This document shows, in pieces, positions 1 through 12,377 of a DNA stretch of 64,000 nucleotides. Every line of letters starts with the position of its first letter. Within the stretch, counting starts at the first letter, position 1. This DNA is from Piedraia hortae CBS 480.64. Lineage: Eukaryota. The notes beneath the pieces are model-generated. The model had not been told where the DNA came from. It did no database searches and worked only from the letters and a program-made list of their open reading frames with translations. A program made the position numbers and the translations under genes. Where the stretch lies: contig MU005959.1 of NCBI GenBank assembly GCA_010093745.1, positions 300,270-364,269 on the forward strand, given 5' to 3'.

Positions 1-3000
1 GCATGCGAACAAGAAAGTCCTGCCCACAATGGCGAAACTAAGTACTACATTCGCTTCCTAGTAAAAAGCGAGCGCCTCACCCAAGCTTAATAGAAGCGAG
101 AGAAACGCTGGCAGTCTCATGTCACGGAACCATATCGCAGCCACGTGACCCGACACCTCACCTACAGCTCATAGCGTAGTTAGCTCTTCCGTAAGGCACA
201 ACACGGTTATAAGGATAGCATAGTCCGCGACGTGACAGCTGCTTTCCACTTCCTCGGCGCAAAACACACCTTTGACTTTGTGGCGCGAGCCGAAGTTGGA
301 GCAGCCGTAGGCAGTATAATCGCCGTTGAAGAGGGGCTGACGGTACGCAGCGAATTTTCACCAAGCAACTGCTGGAGTAACGTCAACACTGGCGCAGCTT
401 TCGTAGTAGTGTCGGGCATGGAATGTCCCTTTGTCGCTGCTTCTTTCTCCTTCTCTGTCCCCTTCCCCTTGCAAATCTTTTTCTTTTGTGGCTTGGTACA
501 CTTTGCAGGCAAGATTTTCCGCACGGCCGAGTAGCCCTTCTCTCCCAGCCCATCGGCCTTGATTTATTGTTCTGGCCTCCAGCGCGACATATTACGCGGC
601 GGAAGCTCTACCTTTGCCGATCCCTTGTGCACGCGCGCGACTCGCCCGTCACCTTGATCCGACATTACGATGGGGATATATACTGTCCGCTCACGGGTCT
701 CCTCAAGTGTTTTCTTGAGCTGCATTGCATTTGCTTCCTGCGATGGCACTACTGGTGGGGCTCTGGGCATAGTGTGGATAGGCAAAGCTTTGGGCCCAAG
801 AGATACTCCACCGAGCCGAACAGGAGCACTACCGGGTGATGCGAGAGAGGATGGATCTGCGCCTTAGGATGTCACTGCTGCTGGTGTTTCGGGACCTTGC
901 GAAGCTTTGCGCCTGACAGAGACTGCGCCCAGCTCGGTTCGAGCGTAATGGCGTGACGTGAGAAAGGATGTAACATCTATTGTTCGCGAAGAACTGTTGC
1001 GTGGGGAGTTGTAAGAAGGAAGAGCAGAGACGTGGAGCTGCGTTAACCTGGAGTCCGACGCGTCAAGGCTACTGCGAGATATCGCCGTGACGCGTCGTTG
1101 TGGGTGACGTTCATTTATCTCACCAAATGCTTAGGATATCTCCTGGACCTGCTAAAGCGAGAGGAACACTACGTATATATAACATTTCCATGGAAATATC
1201 GTTGCTGCAAAGAAGCGGAAAGTCAAGAATTATAAGCTTCAACAGTTTATCTCTTTGTGAACTGGACTACGGATGAGAATACATATAGGCTGGACATTCC
1301 ACCACCCACACAACTCATTCCCCAACTTGCACGGGGAAAGGCGATTGATAAAATTAAACTCATTCAAGAGAATGACATCATCAGGGGCTTAATCTCTATG
1401 AAGAGTCACGCCAGGAGTGTAAAGTTCTCAGCATAGTCCGAAACTCAAAACGAATTTTGACATAAGAATTGCGAAGGCATTGTGGGAACCAGTCAGTGTG
1501 TACATGAATATACTTACCCCACATAGAGGGGGCTCCCAATCGTTGTCAGTTTGCATCACCTTGGTGACTTTGTATCAACAAGTCGATGGTACATGGTCGG
1601 GACATTTGCAAAGCTGCTGTTAATTTGTGCGTTATAGCAAACGAGAAGTCAACATAAGGGATGTTTGTTTTCATTGCAGACACTCAAGTTTAATTATTTG
1701 CTCTTTTCTGTTGTCGTTTGTGCTGACACGTATCTTCCTACCACCGAAAGCGTTTGCGGCTTATCAGCAGCATTTGCTGTCTTACAGTTGGCGATTGCAT
1801 TTTCGACCCTTTTCATAAATATGACACGAGCGCGCAACCGAAAGGTTGAATACCAGGCAAGTTGCACGCCATTGAATCTGTATAACGGTGCCATACAAGC
1901 AATCCTCGATAGAGCAGGTCGGTTCATGCTTGGTCTTGGGCCCGCTATGACTATAAATTACTATACGTCAGTGGACACCAGCTTCGTCTGATGGGCCTAG
2001 ACATAAGAATGTCCAATTTCGCAAAACGCTTCCAAACAAGATGGAAAATGAATCACATATGCGGTGGGAATTGTCGAGACGCCAAAAAACCAATCAGGTA
2101 GAAATACCTCACGGGTTTGATCACTATGCTATCACCATATCCCTCTCTCTGGAACTTGAAGTTTTGCACCATATACAAATACTGCGCTACATCCGAGACC
2201 GACTTCTGCTCGCATACATAAAGTTCCTGTCTGTCACTGCAGAGACATGCTTACTCGAAAGGACACACCGACAGTTCAGCCATCAGCAATTCGCGCTGCA
2301 GGCACCTCAAAAGCGAATGCCATTCATGGGCATGAGGTGCCGAGCGTCCATGTTATTGGACACTTTCACAAAACGCGAGCTGCGGCCCAGGCAAATGCCG
2401 AAGTCCTTGGGGGACTTACCGACAAGTCATTTTGGTCAGGTCGAGGGAGTCAGGGCAAACTTCCTGAAACCCATAAGCCTACACGCAAGAAGACCACGAC
2501 GGCTCAGCCAATGACCCCCGGAGTAACACGTACTTCCACAAGAAACACAAATTACCACCCAAACACACTAAACTGCCACACCGTTGGCCAGTACCGAAGA
2601 ATGCAGGCCGCAGCCCTGGCCAATGTCCCAGTACCCGTCGAGGCTTACTGATAGGTCATGCCAGCTATCCCATCTGTATTCCCAAAATCCAGCTCGTCTT
2701 CGGAACTACCTTCCTGGCCCTCAATGCCCCCCTCCGCTTCGCCTTCCAAGGCATCATTCCACATGGAGGCGGTCACGCAGTTAATGCAGCGAGCAACCCT
2801 GTTAATCACGCCGTCTCGGGAATCTCGCACGCGCTCAGAAGCGTCGTCACCTTCTTGTTACACTCGTCGGCAAATCCGCTCTCTCTACCGTCGATGCCGC
2901 GCTCAGCAGCACCATTGCCATCGTCAGGCTGGGGCACTCCAGCAGAGCTAGAACACTTTATTGACAACGCAGCAATGGAAGAAGGGGAGATTACGTCAAT

Positions 3001-3848
3001 ATACATCGACTCCGAGTATGAGGGCTAATAACAATTATCGACGCAGTACACGAGGGTCTGCGGTGTAGTCTGTGTGGCGATTTTCATTTAGGCGCTGGAA
3101 AGCCCCCTATTACGGGGGATTGTTGTCCGACAGCATTGTCCCATTGGGGTAGCATTGCTTGTTCCGTGGAGCAATGCTTGCCCATGGCAGTTGCTTTGTC
3201 GGGGTGAGGCGCCCTTTGTGAGAGTCTGTAGTTTATAAACCTGAAGGCGCCCTCAGATGGAGATTATCATTTTGTGCTTTTTGGACGTTGAAGTCATCTC
3301 TCTGTGCCATTTTCCGTTAGGTGCACTGGTGTGTTCACGGCCTTGTAGCAAACCGTTCCCAAATATCTTAGATCTGTGCATGGAGATATTCCTTAAAGCT
3401 TATGATGTAGGGCAGCATTGAGTTCATGTTTGCTGAAGTGGAGCCTGCTGCCTAGAGCACGTAAGTTTGCATCTACAGCAGGAATTTTCTATATTCCCGA
3501 ACATGGAAGCACAAAACGTGTACAAGAATAAATGTGAAAAACATGTGTATAGCCTGTATTATGTACCACGAGCTTGACCTGCCCATCAACCCCCGGGGGG
3601 ATTAGAGTGCGTCCCAACGGCAGTGGGAAATTGTCCCCAAATTTCTCGCGCGATCCTGTTGTGCCGGGAGGTCCACGTACTCTCGTGCACCGCACAGCAC
3701 AGTTGCTAGCCTCACGAATCCTGATTAGCTTCATTATCTAACATCTGCTCGATAAGCTTTCGAAGCTACCATTGAATGTTTGCCACTGAATGTTTCAAGG
3801 TCAAATTCCCATGCATATATTTAATAGTCCTCATTAATTAGTTAATTA

Positions 3849-3928
3849 TCCGATGTGGTCTAGTGGTTAGGATTTGCCGCTCTCATTGCAGTACCGGCAA
3901 GGCCGGGGTTCGATTCCCCGCATCGGAA
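3849..3928 (+). tRNA. tRNA-Glu (anticodon CTC) with an 8-nt intron (3886-3893)
   Basis: Acceptor stem TCCGATG/CATCGGA; D-arm TGGTCTAGTGGTTAGGA; anticodon stem TGCCG/CGGCA around CT-CTC-A[ttgcagta]C; T-loop GGTTCGATTCC; T-run Pol III terminator at 3932-3939. Confidence 0.93.
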
Positions 3929-6900
3929 ATATTTTTTTTGTCGTATGTCACGACATTTTCAACAGGACCGCAAAATTTACATAGGGTGTCTACATATCAA
4001 GTACATGCACAGCGGTTTGATGGGATCTTTTCTTCTGTTTTATCGCCCCCAATCCCACAATGCTTGTGATTTTCGTAAACTGCAGGTCGTGACAATAGCA
4101 GTTCTCTGTGCGTAAAACTTTATCTCTGAGAACGGGAAACGTCAAACATCCCTAGGAGAAACTACCTGCACCCACCTTTCCTAATCGGATGACGCATTCA
4201 AGAGTGATGAGATGCGTTGGTTACGTCCGCTGTATAATAGATGAGCTCTATATTACTGTATAGGTGCTTGTACAAAGTGAAGTTCCATTAGCTCTTCATT
4301 AGTAAGATTGCTTCGCAAGTTGACCATGTTGTCAAATTTATCTAAACCCACAGCCCAGAAGGATCCACCTATTACCAACAAAGAACATGGTAAGCTCATT
4401 GAAAACTGCATGGGTGATGGTAGCACGGTGAGCTCTGTGTCAGATGAGTTAGATCGGTGGTATTTAGAACGCCCAACGCTTCGCAGAGTTCTCTGCCTGA
4501 TAAAGAAATTTTCACCTGTGACGAGATCACGTCATCGCGTTGGTCTCGGCAATTGCGGTCTGACCAACTGTGGATCTGTAGAAGATGTTGCGTTAGCTCT
4601 TAACACGTAGGGACGTACACATATACCCGGACCTTTTGAACCAGACTTCACGTCTTAGATGGACATAAGGACTACCCGACGTGTTGTGTTCAAATCCAGT
4701 GGTATTTGCACCCCTTATGAAATTTGCTCACACTTCAACGATTAATCTTCCCCTGCACATCGGTTTTCAAACTGAAGACCCATTTGCTAGTGACAATGTT
4801 GATTCCAGGCGGGCGACTAATGATATTCCATGTTCCCTTTTCTTCCAGTGATTGGATCTCAGAAGAGATGGCCGCTTTCCAGCGCTTGCCGTGAACAGGA
4901 TCGGTGACTGCCTGTGTGTATGTGGTGGGAATGCGGCACGAAGTATCTTGCGTGTCATCTGCTTGGGCTTCTGACGAACTCTGACGAGCACCCTTGCGAT
5001 ATAAGGCGGCAAGTGCAAGTGCCGAGCGCAACCTTTTGGAGGCGAGATCATCATCGTCGTGGACAGATCACCGTCGCTTCCCAGTCATGCTTCCTGTGAC
5101 TCGACGAAACTCATCGACCTCTGTGGGCTCAGTAATGGTGGTGTGCTTGGCATCGCATGCATTTGTCGGTGGACTACCACAGTACACTATGTTCTCCTGA
5201 CGCGAAGTTTCAGACTCGCGATCCACGGATATCCCCTGCACCACCGGCGCCTCATTCGGCTCGTTTGCAGGCTCAAACTGTTGGCTATCGACAGGGCCGT
5301 CATCGGGGATTTTGCTCTCCAAGAGGTTGTCTGATGGCACCTTTCGAGGCCGTCCCCTGGGATTCCTTACTAACACTTCATTAGTTGACAGTGGCAGATT
5401 TAGCTGGAGCTTCACGTCCGTCCAATTTTTCCATTCGTTCCACTTTACAACGTAAGTTCGAATTGCCGCCTTCCTATCCGGAGCCCAAACAAAATACTGA
5501 CGATCAGTGGCTTCGTTAAATCCAATCAGAATTGTAGGACGAGCACGATCCATCAGTTTACCTTTTCGTCCGGGAAGAGATTTAGGGTTAACATATGAAT
5601 AACAAACACAGCCAAAGCGGCGAAGGTGCTCAAGAGAGAGACGCCGGCCTAAGTATGCCTCCTCGGGGCTGATCTTTAGACCTGTCGTTTTGGAGATTGG
5701 ACCATTCGTAGTCCGGTTCCTAACGTAAGCTTGGGCTTGGGCAGCATAATCCCACAGTGCATTTTGGAGGCCACTGTCTTTTAACATGGCACGCACAGTC
5801 GCCCACGTCGTTTGAATCGCACGTTCAGCAATCCCATTCTGGTTGGATGTATAGGGAACCGTCGGCTCCATGCGCACACCATCGTTAGTCTTCCAATCGT
5901 TGAACAACTTAACCAATTCTGGTGCATTGTCGCTTCGGACTGCTTTCAGACGCGTAGACGTCTCTAATTCAACCGATTTTTGCCATGTGATCAAGGCAGC
6001 GGCAGCAGCTTCGCGGCTTGGCAATGGAATCACCCAGATCTTCCGGGAGTAGTTGTCAATGATTTGAATGAAGTGCCGATTCCCATTGATCGAGGGCTCT
6101 TCAGGGCCTCCAAGATCGATCGAAACCAGATCGAGAACGTCACTCCGACGCTCACTAAGGACTTTCGATGTCCTATTTGTGGCCTTTGTCAACAAGCAGG
6201 TCTGGCAGGGTTCGCACTCGTCGCCATTCGGAATACAGATTGGCTTCTTGATGTCGGCGATTTTGTGGAGATTACCAAGTATGCTGGAGCCCAGGTGAGC
6301 GAGGCGACGGTGCCATTTTTCATAATGACGTCTTTTTGCCTGGCCAGATTCATTTATTTGCTGCGCAGACGTTCCAGAGCCTTCGCAATCTTGCTCGTCT
6401 GCAGTTGATTCATCTGCGGTTGAAACATCTGCAGCTGGATTGTCTACAGCCGAATCGTCTGCAGTTGAACTGTCATTGCCCATGACTACATCTTCATTGG
6501 CGCAAAAGGCACGAGGCGAACACTGTGAGATCCAGTCAACGATGTAACACCTCCCTGTTTAGTAGCTTGCAACAACAGTTGTCCATGTTCATCGAGAAGG
6601 GACAATCGTACAGAGTCAAATGCACCACGATGTCCGGAGTTGCACAGTTTACTGGCTGATATCAGGTTCACACCGAGGTTTGGGACATAGTATACGTCTT
6701 TCAAAAGCATCTTTCCACCATTGGCACCCGAAATAATGACATCGCCCATAGTCCGCGAGCTTAGCTCCCCCCCACCAACCAAGATCCGACGCCGCTTGAC
6801 GGGACGCATACTTCTGAACAAATGGTAAGCATCAGACATGTGAGATGAGGCGCCGGTATCTGCGACCCATTGGTTGGGGGGGGGGGGACCTTACAAATGT

Positions 6901-7870
6901 CATCCTTCGTAATATGGGCCGTTTCTGGCTCCTCGTCGTCTGAGCCTGCAGTGTATGCTCGTGATGCTTTCTTCTTGCGACCTTTTCCACCCGCAACGTG
7001 TTCAGCAATGAGATCCTTAGCCAGTGAGAGGTAGTCACAATCGCGGAAAAGATGAGGGCTCGCCACGTAAGAAACACGAAACCTTTGCATTGTTGGGCTG
7101 TTTAGTAGGCTTAGCACGTCCACGCCGGCGGGGTTCGGACTTCTGCTTGGCTTTGCCACGCGACACCCGAGCAGCAAGGGCTTCCTCGTTCGAGGTCTTG
7201 AGCGTTGCCTCCTTTTCCTTGATCTTCTCCAGAATTACGTCTGCGCCGTAGTCACTGGCACGCAACACACTTTTCGTGGCATCATACTCTGATGGCAGCG
7301 CTTCTATGAGACGGCGAGCCCTTGAGGCAACAGAATGCTTAAAGCCATCCACGCCTTCAGCGTCTTTGGCTAGCGAGCGAAGCGTCGCCCAGCCCTCGTC
7401 GACGCTCATCTGCGGAGTCATCTTAAAGTTAACATATGCAACCATGGCTTGGTGATTCTGAGCCGTGGTCTTCCGCCCGTACTTCTTACGCAGGAACTGC
7501 CACCACCCCCGTGCCGTCTTGTAATCGTCGAGCAGTTCCAAGTCGTACTCGGAAAGGTGCCGACGCATCAGCTGGCGTGCCTTAGCGTCCATCTGCTTAA
7601 CCTTTTGCTTGACATCGGCTGCAGCCTTGTCGTTTGCTTTCTCAATTTGCAATTTCTCAATAAGTGTTTCCAGGCTGTCAATGCCTATGACCTGCTCGAT
7701 ACCCTTAGCTTCCATTGCCTCTTCGATTGTGCGGAACCAAATGCGGTGATTGCCAGCCGTGAGCTCAGGCGCAATGCGCCTTTTCAGCGCGGCCTCATCG
7801 TCGCTTCTCATCGCTGCGTTGGCCTTCGCAAGGCTTGCGGACACGTTGCTACTTATGGTGCCACAGCACC

Positions 7871-7882
7871 GGGCTCATAACC
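7871..7882 (-). other. Primer-binding site GGTTATGAGCCC (half-tRNA-iMet type)
   Basis: Abuts the CA end of the LTR. This PBS type is complementary to the anticodon region of initiator tRNA-Met, as in Ty5/copia-type elements. Confidence 0.85.
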
Positions 7883-8025
7883 TGTTCTAATAAGCAGCGG
7901 GACCTCACAGGTGTGTCAGTATACACGCGTATCTAGAGCTACAAGAAAATCTTTTTGAGTACTCGAACCCTGGTCAGGGATGTGGGTCATCACCTGCGGA
8001 TCGCTCCGTGGCGAACTGCACAACA
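7883..8025 (-). repeat. 5' LTR (143 bp, TG...CA) of the copia element
   Basis: Minus strand reads TGTTGTGCAG...TTATTAGAACA, directly followed by the PBS GGTTATGAGCCC; a near-identical inverted copy lies at 8374-8516. Confidence 0.92.
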
Positions 8026-8373
8026 AATACCAGGTATTTGAATATTCTTTGTTCGACGATTACGCAACCTATTCTACACAATGGTGATTGCACACGCTTA
8101 CTTTGTCTGGTTACTTGCACTAGCTACCTCACCAAGTGAGTACTTTTGCTGTTGACATGTCGGCCCCAAGCAGCAGTTTCTGGAGCCTCATCAAGCTCTG
8201 CTCTCTGCACATTACAATGTCGCTTTGCCCTCCTCATTTCCCTCCACGCTGCAAAGGCTAGGGGTGTCCACAAGATGATGTTGAGCAGGCTTGCGTGAAT
8301 GATGATTTTCCTCAGCTTCATAGTGAATATAGGAATGGGAAGTGACATGAAAGACAATGTTTTTGTTGCTACC

Positions 8374-8516
8374 TGTTGTGCAGGTCACCACGGAGCGATC
8401 CGCAGGTGATGACCCACATCCCTGACCAGGGTTCGAGTACTCAGAAATTTTCTTGTGTAGCTCTAGATGCGCGTGTATACTGACACACCTGTGAGGTCCC
8501 GCTGCTTATTAGAACA
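8374..8516 (+). mobile_element. Solo LTR of the same copia family with 5-bp target-site duplication CTACC
   Basis: Differs from the reverse complement of 7883-8025 by only a few substitutions and small indels; TG...CA ends; CTACC at 8369-8373 and 8517-8521. Confidence 0.93.
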
Positions 8517-10632
8517 CTACCCTTTTTTTAAGACTCTAGAGAAGATGAGGTTACTGGTCACCCTAGCCCTATCGGGACTGGCTTTCGATTAACATCAGCA
8601 CTTCAATGGCGAATTTAGACTGCGCGGTGGTTTCGATCGAGAACCAGTATGAGTAGACATGGTATGCGAAAGGAGGGTGACTTGAAAAGTTGGCGATAAA
8701 GTATCAACTTCCCCATCTTTGTATGATCAATATCTTGGTATGTATGGGCATATCATTGCTTATTGAAGAGCCACTGTGGTTTCCATTCTTGCTGCTTAGT
8801 GCAGCCTTACAAATTTTCTGAAGGCGATGAAAGATACTTTTGGCGCTATCTGCAAATTGATTTGTTGTCTCGATGCTGCAATCGTACCGTGGTATCTTTG
8901 ACTTTTTCGCGAACGCCGTGATGTTGGACATCAATTTTCTTGATTTGACCCTGCCATATACAACAGCACTCAAAGATAAAGTTAGGTCGTAGCTACGTCC
9001 ATCCTCGTGAGACAATTTGTCGTAATTGCAGAGCAGTTATGATGTCCCTATGCAAAAGTCATGCCCCAGTCAAATTCAAGGTATTGTAGATGTAAGGCCA
9101 GAGATGGTTGAGCGAGATGAGATACACGCCTGCATCGCGTGCGTATGTGTATATACATTTGTGAACTTAAGATGCCAGCAACCATATCGATCTTTCCTTC
9201 CCCGAAAGAGCTGACCTTCGATACACCCGACGTTCGTAGATTTGTATTCGTATGATCATCGACGAACGAACCCTTTCGGTCGATAAGGTGGCCAGTTCCA
9301 CTAATTTTTATGACTCAAACGTCGTAGAGCATGATACCACGAAGAATAAGGAAACCATCCTATATGCCCTTCCTACCTCCGGGTAAGGAACTTGTCTGCG
9401 TGACCCAGGCTGCCAAGTTCATGTACACTAGAGTGTTCGGCTTGATGTGTTCTGCCCACTCTTCCTCCACTTGTCTCGATGATAGCGGAGTTCCGGGCTC
9501 ATTGTTGCGCCAAGAAAGACCGGTAGTGCGGTTGCAGCCTGCTCTTCGAATAGGCTGGCCTTTAGCCCATCGTCCGGGCTACTGATTACAGCTGCTTTAA
9601 TCTCCTGGACATGCTTTCAAAATTTCGCAAACGTTCGGAGTTCATACTGGTAGTCCAACATAAGCATCGAACGCATCTTGCATTTTGCGTTGAATAGCTT
9701 AATCTCTGTTACGAGCGTGACCATCTTGCTATCCAAATATCTTGATTTTCCGGAAGCTTCGGATTGACGGATTTGGCCGGGAAAACGTCCTGCATTGTGC
9801 CTTGCGGATCGACACTTTTTCAAATACAGCGCGGTACGTTGCGGCTTTGTGGGCGTACGGCTGAATGTGCAACTCCGCCTCCAGCAGGGCGACTGCATAA
9901 AGATTTGCCCCTTCCATACTATGGACAAGGGAGTTTCGGGTTGCCGTACTTATTCCCGTCTGAAGCCAATGCAGGTGCTGGTGCCCGATCCAGCCAATGG
10001 CCGCATCACCTAGTTGCTTCTGATTTAAATTGGCAGCAAACAAATCAGGTGCATTGGCTTCATTGTTGGCTGTGCCCTCAGATATGCCGCGAGTCCTCCA
10101 GCTGTATTTTTTCTCGCGGAGCCGTCTCTTTTTGAGGCTTTCCTTGAGCTTCACATCTTCCTGCTCTTGGGAGCGAGCCCGCCTAGCCAAGGCCAATTCT
10201 GTCACATGTTGGCGCAGGCTGGCTATGTCTTTGCAAGTTTATCTTTAGTAGCTTTAAGGTCCTTGACTTCGTTTCGCAGTTCGTATTTCATGAATGTATG
10301 CTGCTCCAATCTTGCCCGGAGCTGGGTGTTGCTATTTGCTACATTTCTCAATCCGAAACTCCAGGTGACGAACCATCACTTTATCAGCGCTGCTTGCAGA
10401 CATAGTGGATGGATGGATGGATGGAGAAGACGATCAGAAGCCGAAGCGATGGAGAGAGGGTGATGAAGGGATGAAGCAAGCGGGAAATTTCTCGGTTCCA
10501 GACGACTAGCCTGATGCTCTTCAGCAAGGGCCATGAAACTTCTAAAGTTTATCATCCCGCTCTGTTCAAATTTTTCTCTATCAGAAGATAGGAAACTCAT
10601 GTCACTCCAACATCAGTGAAAGTTGGAACGGA

Positions 10633-11700
10633 CTACCATGTGTTCGATGCTGTGATGATGGAATGTAGTGGAGGCAAGGTGAAGATTTGTGTGCCAAGAC
10701 TGCCCCAGATTCCGACACGACCCGAACCGCATTCGCCGTGACGACATCCTGTGACCTGAACGAGAAATGTTCTCAGTGAGGTCCTGGGACGTCCAGTGCC
10801 ATTATCTACCTCAGGCAGGCGTCTATTCAGCATCCTTTGGTTGCTGAATATGCCATCGAGCCGGACCACCAAAATGGGCGAGTTCCGGCGCGCCAAATAG
10901 ACTTCCACCAGCTTGTTGTTGGTCACTCGCTTCTCAACATGGAGGTCATGTGTTGTCACAAACTTGGTCGATGAACGTTCCTCTATTTCCATCCTGTCCA
11001 CAATTTCATTTGAATTGTCGTACAATCTCTTCTACGTTAGCGGCACAGCTCTGGTCGGCCTCTGCCACTTCCACTAAAATGGCCTCACAAGTGAGGAGGT
11101 CGCCGCCTCTGTAGAACGATTGATGAGATAATCCCAGGCCCACGTATAAAATGTTCGATGGAGGCAGTACCCTTGCAGGTACCACCATCAGGGTGGACGG
11201 GTCGACCCTAAGGTCCCATTCTTGGCTAAACGGGAGGCGGGATAGCATAGTTCGTCGCCCTTTCGAGTCGCGGTTTCTTGAATATCATAAAATCGTTGAC
11301 GTCGAGTTGTAAATCTCTGCCCCTGGCCTCCTCAGCTTTGCGCCGTACATCTCTTGTCTTGCTCTCAAGGAAATGCAGTCGAGCCGCCGTCTCGTTATCT
11401 GCCCTGCGGTTAACCCACAAATAAGCCCACACCCAAAAACTATGCTCAGAGTCCCGGAACCGGTCAAGCGTGAACAGGGACTCGACAACGCCATCCATCA
11501 TGGCCGTTACAGTCGAGGAAGGCCTTGGTGAGCTCCTCCTTCTGCGGTCTCTTGTCATGGCAGCTTGCCCATCTTGATATCCTGGTCGCTTGACAGTCTT
11601 CAGCCTCGAACCAAGCTCCAAGTCCGTAGTCGGTATATAAAAGAGCAAGCAATTCAGCCAGCGTTGCTTGCTCTATCGAGAAGTTGTCATGAAGGTTGTA
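10633..11700 (-). pseudogene. Probable degenerate Argonaute fragment (end of PAZ, linker L2, start of MID)
   Basis: One frame, read through stops, gives ...RQEMYGAKL...FSQEWDLRVDPSTLMVVPARVLPPSNILY...LSHQSFYRGGDL...IVRQFK*NC. This resembles the Ago pattern Q-Y-x-x-KL / FGI-x-V-x-x-x-x-x-VPARVLPPPxIxY / W-x-L-x-x-x-x-F-x-x-G-x-x-L. Judged by eye only. Confidence 0.45.
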
Positions 11701-12377
11701 GTTTCCGGATGTGGGCCTTCACCCTCAGAAAACAGGGTGAACATGTAACCTCCGGAGCCAAACACCCTGCATCTTGCAGCGTCTCGCAAACTCCCAGATA
11801 AGATGCAAGTGACATGGGTATTGGTAACTTTAAGCTCAAGGGAGCAAAGCCTTAAGGGGCCTCGATGACCGCGAAATGAAAATGGGAATGATGTGTGTGA
11901 CAGATATCAAACTTTAAATTGCTGAGCAGAAATACGGGACGGCTGCTGCCGCGGGACCACAGTGGGGGTTTGACGTCAATCAAGACTGTCTCGCAGGACT
12001 TGAGGCAGTTAGCTTTCTTGATCAAGCTTGCATGACTTTTTCCATACCTTTCATCGTGATGATCCTAATTCCACATGGCAGCAATCTTCCCACATTATGC
12101 TACGAGCAAGATATGGGGCACTTGTCAATGGAACGGAACCCTCCTGCCAAAGTCAAACGAAACATGCACACCATTTTTGCTTTTCTTAATGATGCTGTTG
12201 GTACTGTTGTATTAGGCTATGTATTGGTCCCTGTGGGGCCATGCTGCCCTACTGCCAGGATACTGATAGCCTTGCCATAGTCGCATAACGGCCTCTTCCC
12301 TGGGCCAAGCTGGGACACAAAAAGTCTGCTTGAGGCCTTGGGTGGTAGGCACGTTAAGTCGACATGTCGTCATTCCC

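Larger units (their letters stand above)
4735..8025 (-). mobile_element. Ty1/copia LTR retrotransposon, frameshifted and 3'-truncated (5' LTR, PBS, gag, protease, integrase, start of RT only)
   Basis: Gag ORF 7035-7844 with a broken CCHC knuckle; protease WVADTGASSHM at ~6840-6870; GAG-pre-integrase WHRRLAH and rve core (SIDLGGP...VRSDNAPE...PYTSNQNGIAER) in 5068-6483; RT_2 N-terminus (WKAAISSEIQSLEEKGTW...SKWVF) ends at 4735. Integrase-before-RT order indicates copia. No 3' LTR found. Confidence 0.95.
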
